A DNA stretch of 64,000 bases from the human T2T-CHM13v2.0 reference genome, Homo sapiens, in the NCBI RefSeq assembly GCF_009914755.1, contig NC_060932.1; one strand, 5' to 3'. The notes beneath the pieces were generated by a model that had not been told where the DNA came from, made no database searches, and saw only the letters and a program-made list of their open reading frames with translations. The first letter of the stretch is position 1. The number at the start of each line of letters is the position of its first letter. The position numbers were made by a program, and so were the translations under genes. Below are positions 59,679 through 64,000 of the stretch, piece after piece.

Positions 59679-60309
59679 TCCAGCACAAACTCCAAGTCCA
59701 CAGTTAGCCTCCCCGTGATTCCCATAGCGGGGGATTGGGTCTTTGCAGGAAGCTATCCATGAGAGTAGCCAACCTCACACACACAGACAACTGTTCATCT
59801 TTGACAAAATTCACAGGTACCCAAACATGCACAAAGGAATTGCTACTTCCAAGTAGCTTGCATATGCCAGAGACGCTAGAAAGGAAGGTGTTCTCTCACT
59901 AGAGTGTTTTGTTTGTGCCTTTTCTCAAGAGGAGAAAACTGGGCAGGGAAGGGGACCCAACTCTGACCCTCAGTGACGATTGTGTCCTATGTCCAGATGT
60001 CCTTCTGTGCTGCCTAAACGGATGTCTTATAGGCAGGCGCACACTCGGCTGGGGTGATGGGGGCCCAGGAGGCAGGTCAGGCAGGGATCTCCCAGCATAA
60101 GGAAAATGTCAAGACATATTTGGGGCTAAGAGTGTGCCCCTTGATGAACACCCCCAGTTGTTAATAAATCAACCCTCCACGCCTGTGCAGTGCCTCAGGT
60201 GGGGAAGGAATTTCCCATGATAAGCCAAAAAGGGTGGGATTTGGAAGGGCTGCCTTACTGTGTTGGAGACTGTTGAAGGAAGCCGCGGAGTAGCTATTGT
60301 TGGCCTCGC

Positions 60310-60314
60310 TCTCT

Positions 60315-60375
<61 letters not shown>

Positions 60376-60385
60376 TATGTGTGTG
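60310..60385. repeat. Compound (TC)n(TG)n microsatellite
   Basis: Directly visible. Confidence 0.95.
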
Positions 60386-60649
60386 ACTTTATTGTATCAC
60401 CAGGCAGGAGGCAGTCTGTGAAAAATCTGCTCCAACAATAGTAAAGGAACGTGAAGGAGCTGAAAGAGTAGAATTTGCAATGCTGCAAGCATACAAATCA
60501 AAATAAAATAAGGATAGTTCAACAAATATACCTTTTCTGATAATTGTTTATAGCACTGACCATTAATTTATAGGTCTGAAGATATATTATCCAGAGAAAA
60601 TGAACATTAAGGCAGCTTGGAGAGACTTTAAAATCCCAGTGCATACTTT

Positions 60650-60960
60650 CTTTCTTTCTTTTTTTGCTTTTTGTTTTTGAGACAGAGTTTCACTCTGTCG
60701 CCCAGGCTGGAGCGCAGTGGCGCCATCTCAGCTCACTGAAACCTCTGCTTCCCAGTTTCAAGTGATTCTCCTTCTTCAGCCTCCTGAGTAGCTGGGATTA
60801 CAGGCACGCACCTCTATGCCCAGCTAATTTTTGTATTTTTAGTAGAGACGGGGTTTCACTATATTGGCCAGGCTGGCCTTGAATTCCCGACCTCAGGTGA
60901 TCTGCCTGCCTCGGCATCCCAAAATGGCGGGATGACAGGCATGATCCACCATGCCCAGCC
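60650..60960 (-). mobile_element. AluS
   Basis: Antisense Alu; cagtgcatactttc on both flanks. Confidence 0.9.
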
Positions 60961-61879
60961 TCAGTGCATACTTTCAAAAGTTGTAGGGATTGAAAGGGAG
61001 TTTAAAACACACGTTCTCCAATCTCTTTTTGATGCCTGAGTTGTCTCTGTGACAACACCCTCCCATAGATTCTCTGGCCTATGCCTGAGATCTTCGCGGT
61101 GCCCACCTGTCATACCTACAAGGCATTTCCTTCCATTTTGGGTAACTCCAAACCCTAGAAAATAAAGTCACCTTTCATTTGTATCCACTAGTCTTAGATT
61201 TTAAAATAATCATCACTAGTATACACTGAATACCGGGAGCTGGTTCAGGTGTGTTTTATTTAATCCCCTATATATTTACCCCCGTAGGTGCATGAGTCAG
61301 CTCTGGTTGCCATCCCAGCTACTATAGACTGGGGGCTTCGACAACAAAGAGTGTATTTTCCCACAGTTCTGGAGGCTGGGAAGTCTGAGATCAATGTTCT
61401 GGCTGATTCTGTTTCTGAAGGCTTGAAGGGCAATAATCCTATCAGATCAGGCCTCCTCTACCCCAGCCCTCACTTAATCTCATTTAACCTTAATTACTTC
61501 CCTAGATGCCCCTTCTCCAAATACAGCCAGACTGGGAGTTAGGGCTTTTTTTCGGGAAGTGCCTGTAAGGGATTGATTTGCCCTCTCATGCAATGAGTGC
61601 TGTGGTTAGGACTGAAACCCTATCTGCCTGATTTCCCTGTATGCCAACTGTCCTGTGGTCCTTATTCTTGGAAATAACCTTGGACTTGAGACGACCTGGG
61701 GCCAAGTCCTTGCAGTGGGTGCTTTTGTCCAGCCCAGTTCAGCAGGACAGGAGACCCGATGGGGATTTGGGGACACAGCCTTATCTAGAAACAAAGTATG
61801 CGTTCTTTTTTTTTTTTTTTTTCTGGAGTGGGGTTGTAGCAGGAGGGGCTGTGGCCAAAGTAATCAGGGACTCAGAATA

Positions 61880-62277
61880 TGAGTTTGCTCAGACTGCTAT
61901 AATAAAGTACCACAGACTGGGTGGCTTAAACAACAGACATTTGTTTTGTCACAGTTCTGGAGGCTGGAAGTCTGAGATCAAGGTGCCAGCAGGGCTGGTT
62001 TCTCCTGAGGCCTCTCTCTTTGCTTTACAGATGGCCACCATCTCCCCGTGTCCTCACGAGGTCATCCTTCTGTGCATGTCTGTGTCTTAATCGCTCCTTT
62101 TAAGGACGTCTGCCATATTGGATTAGGTTCCATCTGAATAACCCTATTTTAACCTAATTATATATCTAAAGACTTGATCTTCAAATAGAATCACATTCTG
62201 AAGTACTGGGGGTTAGGACTTCAACATATGAATTTTTTGGTGAGGGGAGTGGAGGGGTCACAATTTAGCCTATAACA
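61880..62277 (-). mobile_element. MLT1 MaLR LTR (another MLT1 fragment at ~61290-61545)
   Basis: aaagtaccacagactgggtggcttaaacaacag...gttctggaggctggaagtctgagatcaaggtg...ggttaggacttcaacatatgaat. Confidence 0.8.
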
Positions 62278-63349
62278 CTTAGGGAGCTGCATTTTCACAG
62301 TCTTGGCCAACAGAGGACACCAATGCTTGTATCCCCGCTCCTAGGAAGGGGCAGGTGAGATCTGTCTCCCTTGCAGAATGCTCCTGGACGCACAGCCTGT
62401 TCCGCCTGGGTATCCCTGTTTGCTTGTGTATCCCATCTACTTCCATACGGCAGGGAAAGAAAAACAACTTTTAATACAATAAAAGGTTGTGCTCTCTTTG
62501 AACCGTGGGGTTGTTTTTCTGTTACCAGAAAACACTTTTTCTTTCTATCCATTAGATAGCATCTTCTCTGTGTGCTATTTACCTTTTCTTCTAGCCCTTG
62601 CCTTCTCTCTCCTCCCATCTGGCAATTACCAGTGAAGTTACATAAATTGGTCTCCTTACCCATCATTATACACAGGAGTCGTACCCAGCCTGCCCTGGGT
62701 ACATGCTGTCCTCTGAAAAGGAAGTGGACTTACAAAACTGCATCACTACAGGACTTTAGAAATATTTGAAGAGAGATAAACAAGCAGCCATGAACTTGCC
62801 ACACCAAAACAGATGTCCTCATTTTGCATATCGCTGGCTGTTTCTTAGTTGCATGCTTATAAATAAATTTTGCTTCAATATCTGTGAGGATCCAGTCAGG
62901 GAAACAGAAGCTAAACTAGTTGTTTTAACAGAGAAAATTTAATACAGGGAATTGCCCTAACAGGGGCTGGAGAATTGAAACAGCAGAAAGCCATGAAGGG
63001 AAGAGGTGAGATGATCGAAACACAGAGCTTGGTGGAGGGTCTCTGTGCAGCTGGGGCTCAGATCTTTGAGAAGGGGGTCCTGCCCAGCAGCTGCTGGTGT
63101 CTCTGAGGTGGCACATGAGGCTGGCTCTGGAAGTCTGGAAAGAAGGTAGACGCTGTAGTAACTGCTGCCACCGCAATGGAGTGCCATGTTTTCTTCTGAT
63201 GCTACGTTCTAGGAATTTTATAGTTTTGCATTTATATTTGGGTCTATAATCCACTTTGAGTTAATTTTTGTGAAAGATATAAGGTCTCTGCCTTTTTTCT
63301 GTAGCATCAGAAAAAAACATGGCACTCCATTGCGGTGGCACTCCATTAA

Positions 63350-63662
63350 ACATGCATTTAATATACATAACCTACTGAACATCACAGCTCAGCCTAGCCT
63401 GCCTTAAACACGCTCAGAACACTTACATTAGCCTGCAGCTGGGCAAAACCATCTAACACAAAGCCTACTTTATAATAAAGTGTAACTTTCTTTTTAACTT
63501 TATTTTTTTCATGTAACTTACTGAATACTGTGGTAAAAGTGAAAAACAGAAGGGTTATATGGGCACTTGGAATACAGTTTCTACTGAATACCTGTCACTT
63601 GTGCACCATCATAAAGTCGAAAAATCCTAAGTCAAACCGTCATAAGTCAGAGGTCGTGTGTA
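63350..63662. mobile_element. Tigger4/Zombi-like DNA transposon fragment
   Basis: cctactgaacatcacagctcagcctagcc...cacttacattagcc...aagtcgaaaaatcctaagtcaaaccgtcataagtc. Confidence 0.7.
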
Positions 63663-64000
63663 CAGAGCAAGAACTGGGTTGCTGGGAAGGGGGTCAGCTC
63701 ATATCCACCTAGTTATTAAGAGCCTCCACTGCAGTGGATGTCCTAGAGTGAGCATTCATACGGGGCATGCATATCTCCACTACCTCTGCTTATTCTCAGA
63801 GATCCAGCCACAGATGCCCTTGTCATTAATTTTCCAATCTTGTTCTCTCCAAGTCCCTAACAAACTGCCAAACCACTAGCCACTCCCCATGAGTCAGTGT
63901 AACTGTACCTTTGGCTACCTCTTCTAAGAGGACAACAGATGTACTGATTGAAGTTCCTCCTTCTGTCTTTTGGGGCACTCCTGATTGGGCTACAATAAGC

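Overview
Primate (almost certainly human) genomic DNA. Bases ~1-26.9 kb hold the 3' half of DPYSL2 (CRMP2) on the + strand. Seven coding exons (exons 8-14 in the usual numbering; 121, 157, 142, 171, 180, 166 and 92 nt) all have GT-AG boundaries and splice into one open frame, V231 to G572-stop. They are followed by a ~2.45 kb 3'UTR with tandem AATAAA signals. The remaining ~37 kb is intergenic and repeat-dense: many Alus, a MER41B-like solo LTR with tandem GAS motifs, a nested Alu-in-LTR-in-LTR block, a twin-primed 5'-inverted young L1, a 5'-truncated SVA_A inside a MER5 element, MLT/MST LTRs, DNA transposons, and two consensus CTCF motifs. Almost all other listed ORFs are repeat-derived or chance. 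I see no demonstrably new system. The best leads are an in-frame candidate cryptic cassette exon in intron 8, an Alu-bracketed exon 11-13 circle with a strong-Kozak ORF, G-quadruplex motifs at the exon 13 donor and in the 3'UTR, an SVA retaining the HERV-K Np9/Rec/Env C-terminal frames behind a possible splice acceptor, and several template-switch scars. Repeat subfamily names and boundaries are by eye and from memory, not from RepeatMasker.
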